Below the pieces are notes generated by a model. That model ran no database searches, was not told where the DNA came from, and saw only the letters and a program-made list of their open reading frames with translations. A stretch of DNA of 64,000 bases from Candidatus Cloacimonadales bacterium (GTDB lineage Bacteria > Cloacimonadota > Cloacimonadia > Cloacimonadales > JAFGVF01). Location: NCBI GenBank assembly GCA_963667035.1, contig OY762964.1:1248001-1312000 (forward strand). Direction: 5' to 3'. Shown in pieces: positions 27,723 through 37,677 of this stretch. The position numbers were made by a program, and so were the translations under genes. Within the stretch, counting starts at the first letter, position 1. The number at the start of each line of letters is the position of its first letter.

Positions 27723-28430
27723 ATGAGAGCGAACCTGAATGTATTAGGTGAAAGCTTAGAAGACTATCTTGAAACAATAATGCTCGCTCATAAAGAGCTG
27801 AAAAGAGTTAGAGTTACTGATGTTGCAGAAAGATTAAATGTAAAGAAGTCTTCTGTGAATTCAGCAATTAAGAAACTAGTTAATGCCGGATACATTGACC
27901 ATGAACGATATGGGGATATCCATCTTACAGAATCCGGTTTTAAGCTTGCCGAACAGATATACCAGAGACATAAATCTCTTACGGAGTTCTTAACCGTAAT
28001 ACTAGGTGTTAATGAAAAGACAGCTTCTCTAAACGCCTGTGCAATTGAACACCATTTAAATGAAGAAACATACTTAAGATTTATGTACCTTTATGAGTTT
28101 CTTTTAGAAGGTGAAAAGAATAACAATCTACTTACTGAACTACATGAATATATTAATACGAAACGCCATATATTAATGGCATCTAGAGAGATTACAACCA
28201 TTAAAGACCTAAGAATAGGTGAAACAGCTATAATAAAGAACTATTCGGAATCAACTGATAATGAATACAAAGCTAAGCTGTTAAGAATGGGGCTAATCAA
28301 GAATACTAAACTCAAAGTTGTTAGAGTTGCTCCTCTTGGAGATCCAATTGAGATATCGATTAATAACTATCATATCATGTTAAGAAAAGAGGAAGCTAAG
28401 TGTGTTGAAGTTGAGGTTATAGATGAATAA
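27723..28430 (+). CDS. DtxR/MntR-family metal-dependent repressor with C-terminal FeoA domain
   Basis: SLEDYLETI, HTH, IYQRH, ACAIEHHL; C-terminal LLRMGL..RVAPLGDPIEI..LRKEEA; ATG at 27723 after AGGAG. Confidence 0.9.
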   Translation: MRANLNVLGESLEDYLETIMLAHKELKRVRVTDVAERLNVKKSSVNSAIKKLVNAGYIDHERYGDIHLTESGFKLAEQIYQRHKSLTEFLTVILGVNEKTASLNACAIEHHLNEETYLRFMYLYEFLLEGEKNNNLLTELHEYINTKRHILMASREITTIKDLRIGETAIIKNYSESTDNEYKAKLLRMGLIKNTKLKVVRVAPLGDPIEISINNYHIMLRKEEAKCVEVEVIDE

Positions 28431-30837
28431 CAAAGAGATAAAAATAGCCCTAGCCGGTAATCCTAATTGCGGTAAAACAACTATTTTCAATGCTCTTACA
28501 GGGGCACAACAAACTGTTGGTAATTGGCCTGGAGTAACAGTAGAGCATAAAGAGGGTTATTTTGAATATAAAGGAAATAAGATAACTGTTATAGACTTAC
28601 CGGGGACATATTCTTTCTCGGCACTTTCTGAAGATGAACAAATAGCAAATAGCTTTGTTCAAAGCGGTCAAGCTGACTTAATCGTTAATGTGGTTGATGC
28701 TTCCAATCTTGAAAGGCATTTGTATCTGACTACTCAACTAATCGAAATGAAAGTACCGATGCTAGTTGTCCTAAACATGATGGATGTTGCAAAGACAAAC
28801 AGTATTAAGATTGATATTATGCATCTTTCCAAGCATTTGGATTGTCCTGTTGTAACAACAATTGCCAATCGTAGAAGTGATGGACTGGCATCACTAAAAG
28901 AAGCAATAATCAACATTGAACCCAACAAAGTATCATCTACAATAATAAGATATGATGATTTTTTTGAATCACATTTATCTGAAATTACAGAGTTACTTAT
29001 TAAGAAGGATTTACCTGAGAATGTAGATCCACGTTGGCTAGCACTGAAGATGTTTGAAGACAATTATCAGTATTGTAATAGACAGAGAGGTTCCGGCAAT
29101 GGTCATGGACACGGGCATCGAGGAAGACATGGTATACAGGAAGCACCTGATGGTATTAACGAGCATTCGTTTATGCGTCATCGTAAGTTTAGAAATCGTA
29201 TTCGTAGAACTATCGAGAACGAATCTTTAAAGTTTTATCTGGATGACGAGTTCTCAAGTAAACTCAATGAGATTAATGAAAGAGTTAGAAGGCATACAAG
29301 AGATGAGATAGATGTTGTAATTGCTGACGGACGTTACGGTTTTATTAGAGGACTGGCAAAAGATGTTATCCATAGAAGTACTCTCAGGCGTAATGTAACG
29401 GAACTTATAGATAATGTTGTGCTAAACAGATTCATGGGAATACCAAGTTTCTTTATAGTGCTTTTCTTAGTGTTCTATTTAACAATTAATGTAGGAACTC
29501 CTTTTATAGATTTCTTTGATTCACTAATGGGTGCAATATTCGTTGATGGATTCGCCAATCTACTTATGGCTCTTCATTCTCCCAACTGGTTAATTAATAT
29601 CCTAGCCTATAGTATCGGTGGAGGTATTCAGACTGTTTCAACCTTTATCCCACCGATTTTCTTCATATTCGTGTCATTGGCAATACTTGAAGATTCGGGA
29701 TATATGTCCAGGGCAGCATTTGTGATGGATCGTTTTCTTAGGTTCATCGGATTACCGGGTAAAGCTTTTATTCCTTTAATGGTAGGATTCGGATGTACTG
29801 TTCCTGCAATTCTGGCTACCAGAACATTAGAGAATAAGCGAGAAAGATTAATAGCCATCATGATGACTCCATTTATGTCATGTGGAGCCAGGTTCCCGGT
29901 TTATGCACTATTTATATCACTATTCTTTGCTAAATCCGGAAGTTATGTACTCTTTGGAATATATTTACTTGGTATCATATTGGCAATACTTACAGGGCTT
30001 CTTTTTAAGAAGACTATTTTTCAAGGTGAAACCTCAACTTTTGTTATGGAGCTTCCCCCCTATCATATACCAACTCTAAGAGGAATAATGACTCATACAT
30101 GGTTTAGGTTGAAAGCTTTCATTCAAAAGGCCGGAGCAATGATTCTTGTACTCGTTATTATCTTAAATATTTTCGGGAATATAGGGCTTGATGGTAAGTT
30201 TGGAGAAAAGAGTGAAAGTGACTCTATTCTAACCGGATTTGGTAAACTTATTACTCCTATATTCAAACCTATGGGAATAGATTCTGACAACTGGGAAGCA
30301 TCTGTTGGTCTTGTAACGGGATTGTTTGCTAAAGAAGCCGTTATTGGTACTTTGAGTGTTCTTTATAAAGATGAGATAGCTGAAGATAGTAATGTTGAGG
30401 CAAATAACGAGGAGTTTAAACTTCTGCCGGCAATAGGCTCATCATTTGTTGTGTTGTGGGATGGATTCTTTGGAAGTGAAGATGATAGTGAGAATACTGA
30501 TGAGGATAATTCCCTCAGACCTATCATGCAAAAGAAATTTAAATCCAAAGCTAATGTTTTAGCATATCTGATATTTATATTGATATATGCTCCTTGTATA
30601 GCAGCTGTTGGTACTATTTTTAATGAAACTAACGGCAAGTGGACATGGATAATTGTTGCATATCTAACAGGTTTGGCATGGATTATTTCTATGCTGTTCT
30701 ATCAATCAGCAACTTTCTTCGCACACCCGGGTAGCTCATCATTGTGGATTGTTGCAGGATTAGCGGTTATAGCTTCATTTTATTTGTTCTTAAGACATAG
30801 AGGTAAGCAACTTCAAGGTAGAATTAATTATTGGTAA
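28423..30837 (+). CDS. feoB: Ferrous iron transporter B
   Basis: GNPNCGKT, VGNWPGVTVE, DLPGTYS, EDSGYMSR, GFGCTVPA and MELPPY motifs. Confidence 0.95.
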   Translation: MNNKEIKIALAGNPNCGKTTIFNALTGAQQTVGNWPGVTVEHKEGYFEYKGNKITVIDLPGTYSFSALSEDEQIANSFVQSGQADLIVNVVDASNLERHLYLTTQLIEMKVPMLVVLNMMDVAKTNSIKIDIMHLSKHLDCPVVTTIANRRSDGLASLKEAIINIEPNKVSSTIIRYDDFFESHLSEITELLIKKDLPENVDPRWLALKMFEDNYQYCNRQRGSGNGHGHGHRGRHGIQEAPDGINEHSFMRHRKFRNRIRRTIENESLKFYLDDEFSSKLNEINERVRRHTRDEIDVVIADGRYGFIRGLAKDVIHRSTLRRNVTELIDNVVLNRFMGIPSFFIVLFLVFYLTINVGTPFIDFFDSLMGAIFVDGFANLLMALHSPNWLINILAYSIGGGIQTVSTFIPPIFFIFVSLAILEDSGYMSRAAFVMDRFLRFIGLPGKAFIPLMVGFGCTVPAILATRTLENKRERLIAIMMTPFMSCGARFPVYALFISLFFAKSGSYVLFGIYLLGIILAILTGLLFKKTIFQGETSTFVMELPPYHIPTLRGIMTHTWFRLKAFIQKAGAMILVLVIILNIFGNIGLDGKFGEKSESDSILTGFGKLITPIFKPMGIDSDNWEASVGLVTGLFAKEAVIGTLSVLYKDEIAEDSNVEANNEEFKLLPAIGSSFVVLWDGFFGSEDDSENTDEDNSLRPIMQKKFKSKANVLAYLIFILIYAPCIAAVGTIFNETNGKWTWIIVAYLTGLAWIISMLFYQSATFFAHPGSSSLWIVAGLAVIASFYLFLRHRGKQLQGRINYW

Positions 30838-30846
30838 CTAAATATC

Positions 30847-30878
30847 CCACCCCCGATTCCTCTTGTAATCGGGGGTGG
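30847..30878 (+). terminator. Strong hairpin after feoB (no clear U-tract)
   Basis: CCACCCCCGATT / AATCGGGGGTGG 12-bp stem. Confidence 0.55.
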
Positions 30879-31049
30879 ACAATATACTTCTTCTGAAAAA
30901 CAGCTTACATTGTATCAATCCATTTACTATTAAAGAGACCTGTCACTGCTTTTCAATTGCTATAATAAGACTTTCTCATCAATCTCCGTAAATTTTCAGA
31001 ATATTATCATTTAATTTATATCTTAATCCACTAATCTTCGCTTTATCTT

Positions 31050-31100
31050 CTCTTGGCTAACTCTCGGGTTACCCTTGGATAGCAAGGGTAACCCGAGAGA
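31050..31100. repeat. 11-bp-period inverted array containing a perfect 17-bp palindrome
   Basis: CTCTTGG, CTCTCGG, CCCTTGG at 31050, 31061, 31072; arms CTCTCGGGTTACCCTTG and CAAGGGTAACCCGAGAG around GATAG. Confidence 0.8.
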
Positions 31101-31161
31101 GATGATTGGGATGATAATTATTTCTATCTTGATTTTGTTTACTCTTTATGGTCTTCTTCAA

Positions 31162-31247
31162 CACTCGCGAATCTGAAGGGAGTTACTCAGGATTTTGGCG
31201 GGAATTTCTCGGGTAAAGTCCCGAGAGAGTCCCGTGTAAGTCCCGAG
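31162..31247. repeat. 11-bp-period array with central inversion (core CTCGGGA / TCCCGAG)
   Basis: Degenerate left units at 31164, 31175, 31186, 31197, 31208; AGTCCCG at 31217, 31228, 31239. Confidence 0.8.
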
Positions 31248-31379
31248 TATTGAGATAGAGTATAGAGACAGCAAATTGATTTAGCAATGAGAGCATATTT
31301 AATTGAATAGAAACTATTTCTCGCCGACACTTATTATAATCAGATAGGATAAAGAATGGGATTTAGAGGTATAAAAGCA

Positions 31380-31847
31380 CTAAAGAAGCAAAAGCTCTTT
31401 GTTCTCCCCCACCCAGGAGTACTTTACCTCACCTACATAAATAGTGTGGTCCCCACTCCTAACTTGAGAAACAAGTTCACACTCAAAGTTGGCAACAGCA
31501 TTCTTGAGAATAGGTATTTTCCTATATCGTCCGTGAAACCACGGTTCATCAATGACTTCAAGTTTATCAGTATCTCTGCCTGATTGAGTTCCGCATATCT
31601 TCATAGCCTCCTGCATCTCTTTGGAAAGAAAACAAAGGTTGAAGCTATCAGACGTTTGAAGACATTCATAGCTATATCTGGTATGCCCTATTGAAATAGC
31701 AAACATGGGTGGTTTGATTGAAGTTCTCATGAACCATTCGAGTGTTATTAGGTTATATTTATCATCGGGAGTAGGCATAATTGCAATTGTAACCTTATTC
31801 ATAAGCTTTGTTTGCTTCCATACATCAATAAAATCTCTTCTATTCAT
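31380..31847 (-). CDS. Flavin reductase-like (flavoredoxin) protein
   Basis: PPMFAISI, CGTQSGRDTDK and GDHTIYVGEV motifs. Confidence 0.85.
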   Translation of the reverse strand: MNRRDFIDVWKQTKLMNKVTIAIMPTPDDKYNLITLEWFMRTSIKPPMFAISIGHTRYSYECLQTSDSFNLCFLSKEMQEAMKICGTQSGRDTDKLEVIDEPWFHGRYRKIPILKNAVANFECELVSQVRSGDHTIYVGEVKYSWVGENKELLLL

Positions 31848-31876
31848 TATTACTCCCGTGATTATGCTATGGATGT

Positions 31877-33307
31877 CTATCTTCCGTTAAGACATCTCTT
31901 ATCTCGTAAATTTCTAATTTCCCATCTATAGATAAGTGATTTAAACATGCAATTGGTATCTATTTCAGGTCTTCTGGAAAGGTATATCATAAACCAAACG
32001 ACAAGGACTGCACCTTTTGCAACACTTGACATACTTATACTCCACCATACACCATTTAATCCTAATAACTCAGGAGTTGCAAGTAAAATTGCCAATGGAA
32101 CTCTTGAACCGGTAAAAACGATGCTCACCAGTGATGGCGGAAGAGTTTTTCCAAGTCCATTGAAAGCACCTGCTGTTGTTATTTCAAGACACATGAACAA
32201 TTGAGACAAACCGAGAATTTTCAAGTACACTGTTCCCACCTTTAAAGCTTCTTCTTCTGGAATGAAGATGTTGAAAAGGAATCTGCCTCCAAATACAAAT
32301 AGGAACATAGCGAAAATACCTACTGCTGAAGAAATACCAAGAGTTGTGAAATAACCCTTCCAGATACGTTCCCAATTTTTAGCACCATAGTTTTGCCCCA
32401 CAAAAGTACTTAATGCTGTAGAGAATCCACCGGCAGTCATCCATGATATCGCTTCAATCTGAGAACCAACCTTTTGAACTGCAATAGGTACCGGACCCCA
32501 TTGGGCAACGATTCTAGCAAGGAACATTGCAAAGATTGTGAATAGACCACTTTGTAATGCTACGGGAGAGCCAAAACTAAAGATAGTCTTCCAAAACTTG
32601 AACTCAGGAAGATTGAACACTTGAATCTTAGTAACCGGAGCATGCTTACTCATGAATAAAACAACATATATTAAAGTAACAACAAGCTGAGCAATCACTG
32701 TAGCAATACCTGCACCTGCGATTCCAAGAACAGGAAAAGGACCTACACCAAAGATTAGAACAGGGTCAAGTATGATGTTAATGATTAAACCAACTCCATT
32801 TACATAAAAAGGTGTTTTGCTATCTCCCATACCATTATATATACCGGAAAAAACCGGATTAAGGAATGAGAATATCATACCCGGAATAATAATTTTAATG
32901 TATAGAATAGCATCATTGATTACTTGTGTATCTCCAAGTTTAAAGAAACCAATCAACTGCTCCTTGAAGGTCCAAATTACAACCGAGTACAGAACTCCGA
33001 AAATAAGGTTTATCTGAATAGCATTTCGAGCAAAAGACCTCACAGAATCCAGATCCTTACGTCCTATAGATTGAGATACTCCTACTTCCGCTCCGACTTT
33101 TGATATTAGGATTAGTGCAAAACCGAACCAGGTAAGAAATCCTGCTGTACCAACAGATGCTACCGCATTACTGCCTAATCTTCCAAGCCACATCATATCG
33201 GTCATGTTATATGCCATTTGGACAAGAGATGTACCCATTATAGGTAAAGCTAATACAATAAGAGCTCTTAATATAGACCCTTGTGTCAAATCACGTTTTG
33301 GTGCCAT
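31877..33307 (-). CDS. MATE family efflux transporter
   Basis: DLTQGSI..LALP, GMGDSKTP, NIILDP and GQNYGA; about 12 TM segments. Confidence 0.92.
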   Translation of the reverse strand: MAPKRDLTQGSILRALIVLALPIMGTSLVQMAYNMTDMMWLGRLGSNAVASVGTAGFLTWFGFALILISKVGAEVGVSQSIGRKDLDSVRSFARNAIQINLIFGVLYSVVIWTFKEQLIGFFKLGDTQVINDAILYIKIIIPGMIFSFLNPVFSGIYNGMGDSKTPFYVNGVGLIINIILDPVLIFGVGPFPVLGIAGAGIATVIAQLVVTLIYVVLFMSKHAPVTKIQVFNLPEFKFWKTIFSFGSPVALQSGLFTIFAMFLARIVAQWGPVPIAVQKVGSQIEAISWMTAGGFSTALSTFVGQNYGAKNWERIWKGYFTTLGISSAVGIFAMFLFVFGGRFLFNIFIPEEEALKVGTVYLKILGLSQLFMCLEITTAGAFNGLGKTLPPSLVSIVFTGSRVPLAILLATPELLGLNGVWWSISMSSVAKGAVLVVWFMIYLSRRPEIDTNCMFKSLIYRWEIRNLRDKRCLNGR

Positions 33308-33535
33308 TTATACCTTCTTTAATTATTAATATTCAATGATGCTACCCAATCCCTTTTGCAATGTAAAAATGTCAATGACAAGCTAGCTAATTTTATGTTA
33401 TTGACAAAGAAATAAGTTATATTTGTCCACATAAGTCAATTATTAACTTAAACCCTACTAATGAATGTAATTTATATTGAACTTTTGATTGACATTGATT
33501 TGCAAAAATGAGAGTCATAGACAAAAGGAAGTAAT

Positions 33536-33700
33536 ATGATAATTTCTCTGTTTATTACATTAATGGGTGTGATCCTCATACTTCTTGGCATTGTTATGAT
33601 GTTTTTTCTTGAGGTGAACAGACCCTTAGGAATAATTCTAATTGCAGTTGGTTTATTGGTTTTAATTAGAGGAACACGACAGAATGGTAGGAAGTCATGA
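33536..33700 (+). CDS. Small two-TM membrane protein (54 aa), not in the ORF track
   Basis: MIISLFITLMGVILILLGIVMMFFLEVNRPLGIILIAVGLLVLIRGTRQNGRKS; SD AAGGAA; TTGACA 47 nt upstream. Confidence 0.65.
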   Translation: MIISLFITLMGVILILLGIVMMFFLEVNRPLGIILIAVGLLVLIRGTRQNGRKS

Positions 33701-33775
33701 TATTTATTGCAAAAAAACTTTGTTCATGTGTCCGATTTAGAATAGATTGTAATCAGTATTAATTAAGGGAGCGTT

Positions 33776-34726
33776 ATGAAACAAATAATCTTGAAACAAG
33801 CGATGATGAACAGAGTTCTCTATTCCCTTGTTCCGATTATAATTATGGCAATCTATCTGTTTGGATGGAAGGTTCTCGCAGTTTTGGCCGTAACAAACGG
33901 AATTGGATTTCTAACGGAATACTTGTTCATTAGAAAGAAGAAAATTGGTAAAGTATCTATGGCTGTTTTTGTCACAGGTACATTACTCGGACTTATTCTG
34001 CCACCTTCGATTCCTCTTTGGATAGCTGCAGTAGCTTCTGCCTTTGGAGTGGCTTTCGGTAAGATGGTTTTCGGTGGATTTGGTCTCAATATCTTCAATC
34101 CTGCAATTGTTGGAAGAGCTTTCGTTTATATCTCTTTTCCCAAACAGTTAGCAACAACATGGAATCATATATACTCAGGTTTTCCCGGAGGATTTGCTCA
34201 CTTTAATCCTGCCCCTGAGCTAACAACTTCGGCTACAATGCTTGCTCAATATAGAAACACCGGAGAGTTTGGTTACTCATTTTGGGATAGCTTTGCCGGA
34301 CTCATCCCCGGTAGCATCGGTGAAACAAGTACACTATTGATACTTATAGCAGGAATATATCTGATAATAACAAAGACAGCAAAGTGGCAAGCTATGGTCT
34401 CAACTCTACTTGGATTCATTATTACTACAGCTATTTTTTATCCTATGAGTCAAATGCATTTCTTCCTTACAGGTGCAGGCATTATGTTTGGTACTGTCTT
34501 CATGTCTACCGATCCTGTATCTCAAGCTAAACATCCTAAAGCTTTATGGATTTACGGAATCATGATTGGTTTTCTGACTGTATTTATTAGACGCTTCTCA
34601 CTCTTTGCTGAAGGTTTCATGTTTGCAATTCTCCTGGCGAACTGTTTTATGCCTTTAATTGACTACTTCTTCCAAGAGGCAGACAAAAAGAAAAAGTTAA
34701 AAGCAAAGGCGGTCCAGAATGGATAA
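33776..34726 (+). CDS. NqrB/RnfD-family membrane subunit
   Basis: FGGFGLNIFNPA, TSAT (FMN-Thr site), GSIGETS and TDPVS. Confidence 0.9.
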   Translation: MKQIILKQAMMNRVLYSLVPIIIMAIYLFGWKVLAVLAVTNGIGFLTEYLFIRKKKIGKVSMAVFVTGTLLGLILPPSIPLWIAAVASAFGVAFGKMVFGGFGLNIFNPAIVGRAFVYISFPKQLATTWNHIYSGFPGGFAHFNPAPELTTSATMLAQYRNTGEFGYSFWDSFAGLIPGSIGETSTLLILIAGIYLIITKTAKWQAMVSTLLGFIITTAIFYPMSQMHFFLTGAGIMFGTVFMSTDPVSQAKHPKALWIYGIMIGFLTVFIRRFSLFAEGFMFAILLANCFMPLIDYFFQEADKKKKLKAKAVQNG

Positions 34727-35357
34727 AGAAAAGAAAACATTCTCAGAGACCAACTTCTACCCTATCTTTTTTATGGTTGTGTTAACTATCATTTTCATTG
34801 GTTTACTCTCAGTGATTTATCACATGAATCTGGAGAGAATAAACAGTAATCAACTTAGCCAGTATCAATCAACAATTACAGGTTTGTTCAGTAGCTATTT
34901 TGATACAGATAAATCTTCGAGTGAATTATATAAAGAACACTTTAAAGAAATAACTACTGATACCCGAACATATTACGAAGTAAGTAAAGACGGCTCTTTG
35001 ATTGGCTATTGTTATGTCATCAACGGTCAGGGACTTTGGGGTTCAATGAAAGCCTTGATTGCCTTGACTCCTGATTTACATAACATCATCAATCTTGATG
35101 TTTATCAACATCTTGAGACTCCAGGACTTGGTGGTCGTATTGATGAAGAATGGTTCAAACAGCAATTTAACAATAAAGTCATTGTAGTTGATGGTAAACC
35201 TATTAAGTATGTACTGATTCCGGAAGGTTCGGATAATGTTAAAGCTACCGAGATGATGCAAGTTACAGGAGCTTCCAGAACTAGTGAAGGTGTCAGAAAT
35301 ATGCTCTATAATGAAACGTTGTCTATTTTAAAAGAGATGAAAGGAGGTACTGAATAA
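34719..35357 (+). CDS. NqrC/RnfG-family FMN-binding subunit
   Basis: N-terminal TM, GQGLWG, ETPGLG and VTGASRTS. Confidence 0.88.
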   Translation: MDKEKKTFSETNFYPIFFMVVLTIIFIGLLSVIYHMNLERINSNQLSQYQSTITGLFSSYFDTDKSSSELYKEHFKEITTDTRTYYEVSKDGSLIGYCYVINGQGLWGSMKALIALTPDLHNIINLDVYQHLETPGLGGRIDEEWFKQQFNNKVIVVDGKPIKYVLIPEGSDNVKATEMMQVTGASRTSEGVRNMLYNETLSILKEMKGGTE

Positions 35358-35959
35358 TGACTAAGAAACAAATATTTATGAACAGTGCCTTCACAGATAA
35401 CTCAATCTGGAAGCAGATACTTGGCATCTGCTCCAGTTTAGCGGTAACCAATCTAATGATGAATAGTCTCATAATGGGACTTGGTGTTATCTTTGCTCTG
35501 GTGATGGCGAATTTCACTATCTCATTAGTGAGAAATTATACTCCTAGAAGCGTTAGAATGATGGTCCAAACACTTATCATTGCAGCTTATGTTATTATTG
35601 TCGATATATTCTTGAAAGCTTATTTACCTGAGATAAGTAAGAATTTAGGACCTTATATCGGACTAATCATCACTAACTGTATACTTATGGGAAGAGCAGA
35701 GGCTTTTGCTGCTAAGAATAGTCCTTTGGATTCAATGATGGATGGACTTGGGGCAGGAGTGGGGTATACACTTGTGCTACTTGCTATTGCTACCGTTAGA
35801 GAGTTATTCGGATTTGGTTCTCTATTTGGAATACAGATACTGGGAAACTGGTGGGTAAGCTGGTCTATTATGATTATGGCTCCAAGTGCATTTTTCTTGC
35901 TTGCAATCATGATTTGGATTATAAACAATAACTTTTATCAAAAGAAGAAACAGGGGTAA
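35357..35959 (+). CDS. NqrD/RnfE-family subunit
   Basis: QILGICSSLAVT and LIITNCILMGRAEAFA. Confidence 0.9.
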   Translation: MTKKQIFMNSAFTDNSIWKQILGICSSLAVTNLMMNSLIMGLGVIFALVMANFTISLVRNYTPRSVRMMVQTLIIAAYVIIVDIFLKAYLPEISKNLGPYIGLIITNCILMGRAEAFAAKNSPLDSMMDGLGAGVGYTLVLLAIATVRELFGFGSLFGIQILGNWWVSWSIMIMAPSAFFLLAIMIWIINNNFYQKKKQG

Positions 35960-35962
35960 GTC

Positions 35963-36550
35963 ATGGAAATAAATCCTTTTGTTCTCTTTTTCGCATCAAT
36001 ATTCACAAGTAATATTCTTTTAAGTAATTTCTTAGGAATGTGTTCATATCTATCAGTTTCTAAAGAGATAGAATCATCTTTCGGATTAGGTATGGCAGTA
36101 TTTTTTGTCTCTACGGTTTCGGTTGCATTGAACTGGCTTGTTTATCACTATATTCTGGTGCCGTTCAATCTTGTATACTTGCAATATATAGTATTCATCA
36201 TTGTAATTGCTGCTTTTGTTCAATTGACCGAGATAATCATAGAACGATTCTCGCCGGTGTTGTATTACTCACTGGGAATATTCCTTCCGTTGATTACAGT
36301 AAATTGTGCAATTCTTGGAGTCTCTTTGTTTATGATTATTAGAAACTATAGTTTTATCCAGTCCGTTCTCTTTGGTGCAGGCTCAGGACTTGGTTGGTTA
36401 TTGGCAATCATGATGCTAGCAGGTATTCGTCAAAGAGTTAAAGAAAAACTTGTTCCGGTTGGTTTACAAGGAGCAGGTTTAAGCTTAATAATCACAGGAA
36501 TTATGGCATTGGCCTTTATCGGGTTTTCCGGTATAGTAAATGTTCAGTAA
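35963..36550 (+). CDS. NqrE/RnfA-family subunit
   Basis: FLGMCSYLSVSK and FLPLITVNCAILG. Confidence 0.9.
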   Translation: MEINPFVLFFASIFTSNILLSNFLGMCSYLSVSKEIESSFGLGMAVFFVSTVSVALNWLVYHYILVPFNLVYLQYIVFIIVIAAFVQLTEIIIERFSPVLYYSLGIFLPLITVNCAILGVSLFMIIRNYSFIQSVLFGAGSGLGWLLAIMMLAGIRQRVKEKLVPVGLQGAGLSLIITGIMALAFIGFSGIVNVQ

Positions 36551-36562
36551 GGAGAGTTATTA

Positions 36563-37666
36563 ATGATAATATTAATTGTTAAAGAAGTTCTCCTGTTAGT
36601 TGTATTATTCGGGATTCTTACTGCCATGATTGTCGTAGCAAAAATGATTTTCAGTAATTACGGAGATTGCAAAATCACTATAAACAATAAGAGAGAAGTA
36701 GTAGTTAAAGGTGGGGCTTCCCTACTTTCCAGTTTAGCTGAAAATGATGTATTCATACCTTCCGCTTGTGGTGGAAGAGGTTCATGCGGAGCTTGTAAGT
36801 GTAAAGTTACTTCAGGTGGCGGTCCACTTCTTCCTACAGAGAAACCTTTCATGGATAAGAAAGAATTATCAGGCAATATTCGTTTATCATGTCAGGTAAA
36901 GGTTAAAGAAGATATCAATATCAACATTCCTGAAGAGATTTTCAATGTCCGAAAGTTTAAAGCTAAGATAGCAAAGATAGTAGACTATACTCACGATATT
37001 AAAGGTATCACGTTTGAGTTTATAGATCCCCCTGAAATTGATTTCAAATCGGGTCAATATGTTCAATTGATTACTCAAAGATACGGTAAGCAAAAGCAAA
37101 GCGTTTCAAGAGCTTACTCTATCTCATCCAAGCCTTCGGATAGTAAACACCTACAACTTATTATCAGAAGAGTACCTGATGGTATTTGTACAACATGGGT
37201 GCATGATTATTTGAAAGAAGGTGATATAGTTGATATTACTGGTCCCTATGGTGATTTCTTTATCAGAGACACAGAAGCCGATATAATCTATGTTGCAGGA
37301 GGTTCAGGTAAAGCTCCAATCAAGAGTATGCTTGAGGACTTAGCGGAGAAAGGTACGGATAGAAGAATGGCATATTTCTTTGGAGCTCAGAGTAAGAGAG
37401 ATCTTTATTTAACTGAAGAGATGCACTCTTATGAAGAGAAGTTCGCTGATTTCACATATTATCCTGTTCTGTCTAGTCCTACCGAAGAAGACAAATGGGA
37501 TGGTAGAACCGGATTTGTTATGCCATACTTTAAAGAGTTTATTAAAGACCCTAAGAATACGGAAGCATACCTTTGCGGAAGTCCCAGAATGATTGATGCT
37601 GTATGTGCCGAACTCGAAAAAATGGGTGTTCCAAAAGATAAGATTTATTTCGATAGCTTTGTCTAA
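36563..37666 (+). CDS. NqrF-like membrane-anchored [2Fe-2S]/FAD/NAD(P)H oxidoreductase
   Basis: N-terminal TM; SACGGRGSCGAC..RLSCQ; RAYS; GPYG; AGGSG; YLCGSP; C-terminal FDSF. Confidence 0.88.
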   Translation: MIILIVKEVLLLVVLFGILTAMIVVAKMIFSNYGDCKITINNKREVVVKGGASLLSSLAENDVFIPSACGGRGSCGACKCKVTSGGGPLLPTEKPFMDKKELSGNIRLSCQVKVKEDININIPEEIFNVRKFKAKIAKIVDYTHDIKGITFEFIDPPEIDFKSGQYVQLITQRYGKQKQSVSRAYSISSKPSDSKHLQLIIRRVPDGICTTWVHDYLKEGDIVDITGPYGDFFIRDTEADIIYVAGGSGKAPIKSMLEDLAEKGTDRRMAYFFGAQSKRDLYLTEEMHSYEEKFADFTYYPVLSSPTEEDKWDGRTGFVMPYFKEFIKDPKNTEAYLCGSPRMIDAVCAELEKMGVPKDKIYFDSFV

Positions 37667-37677
37667 AGAGGATAATT

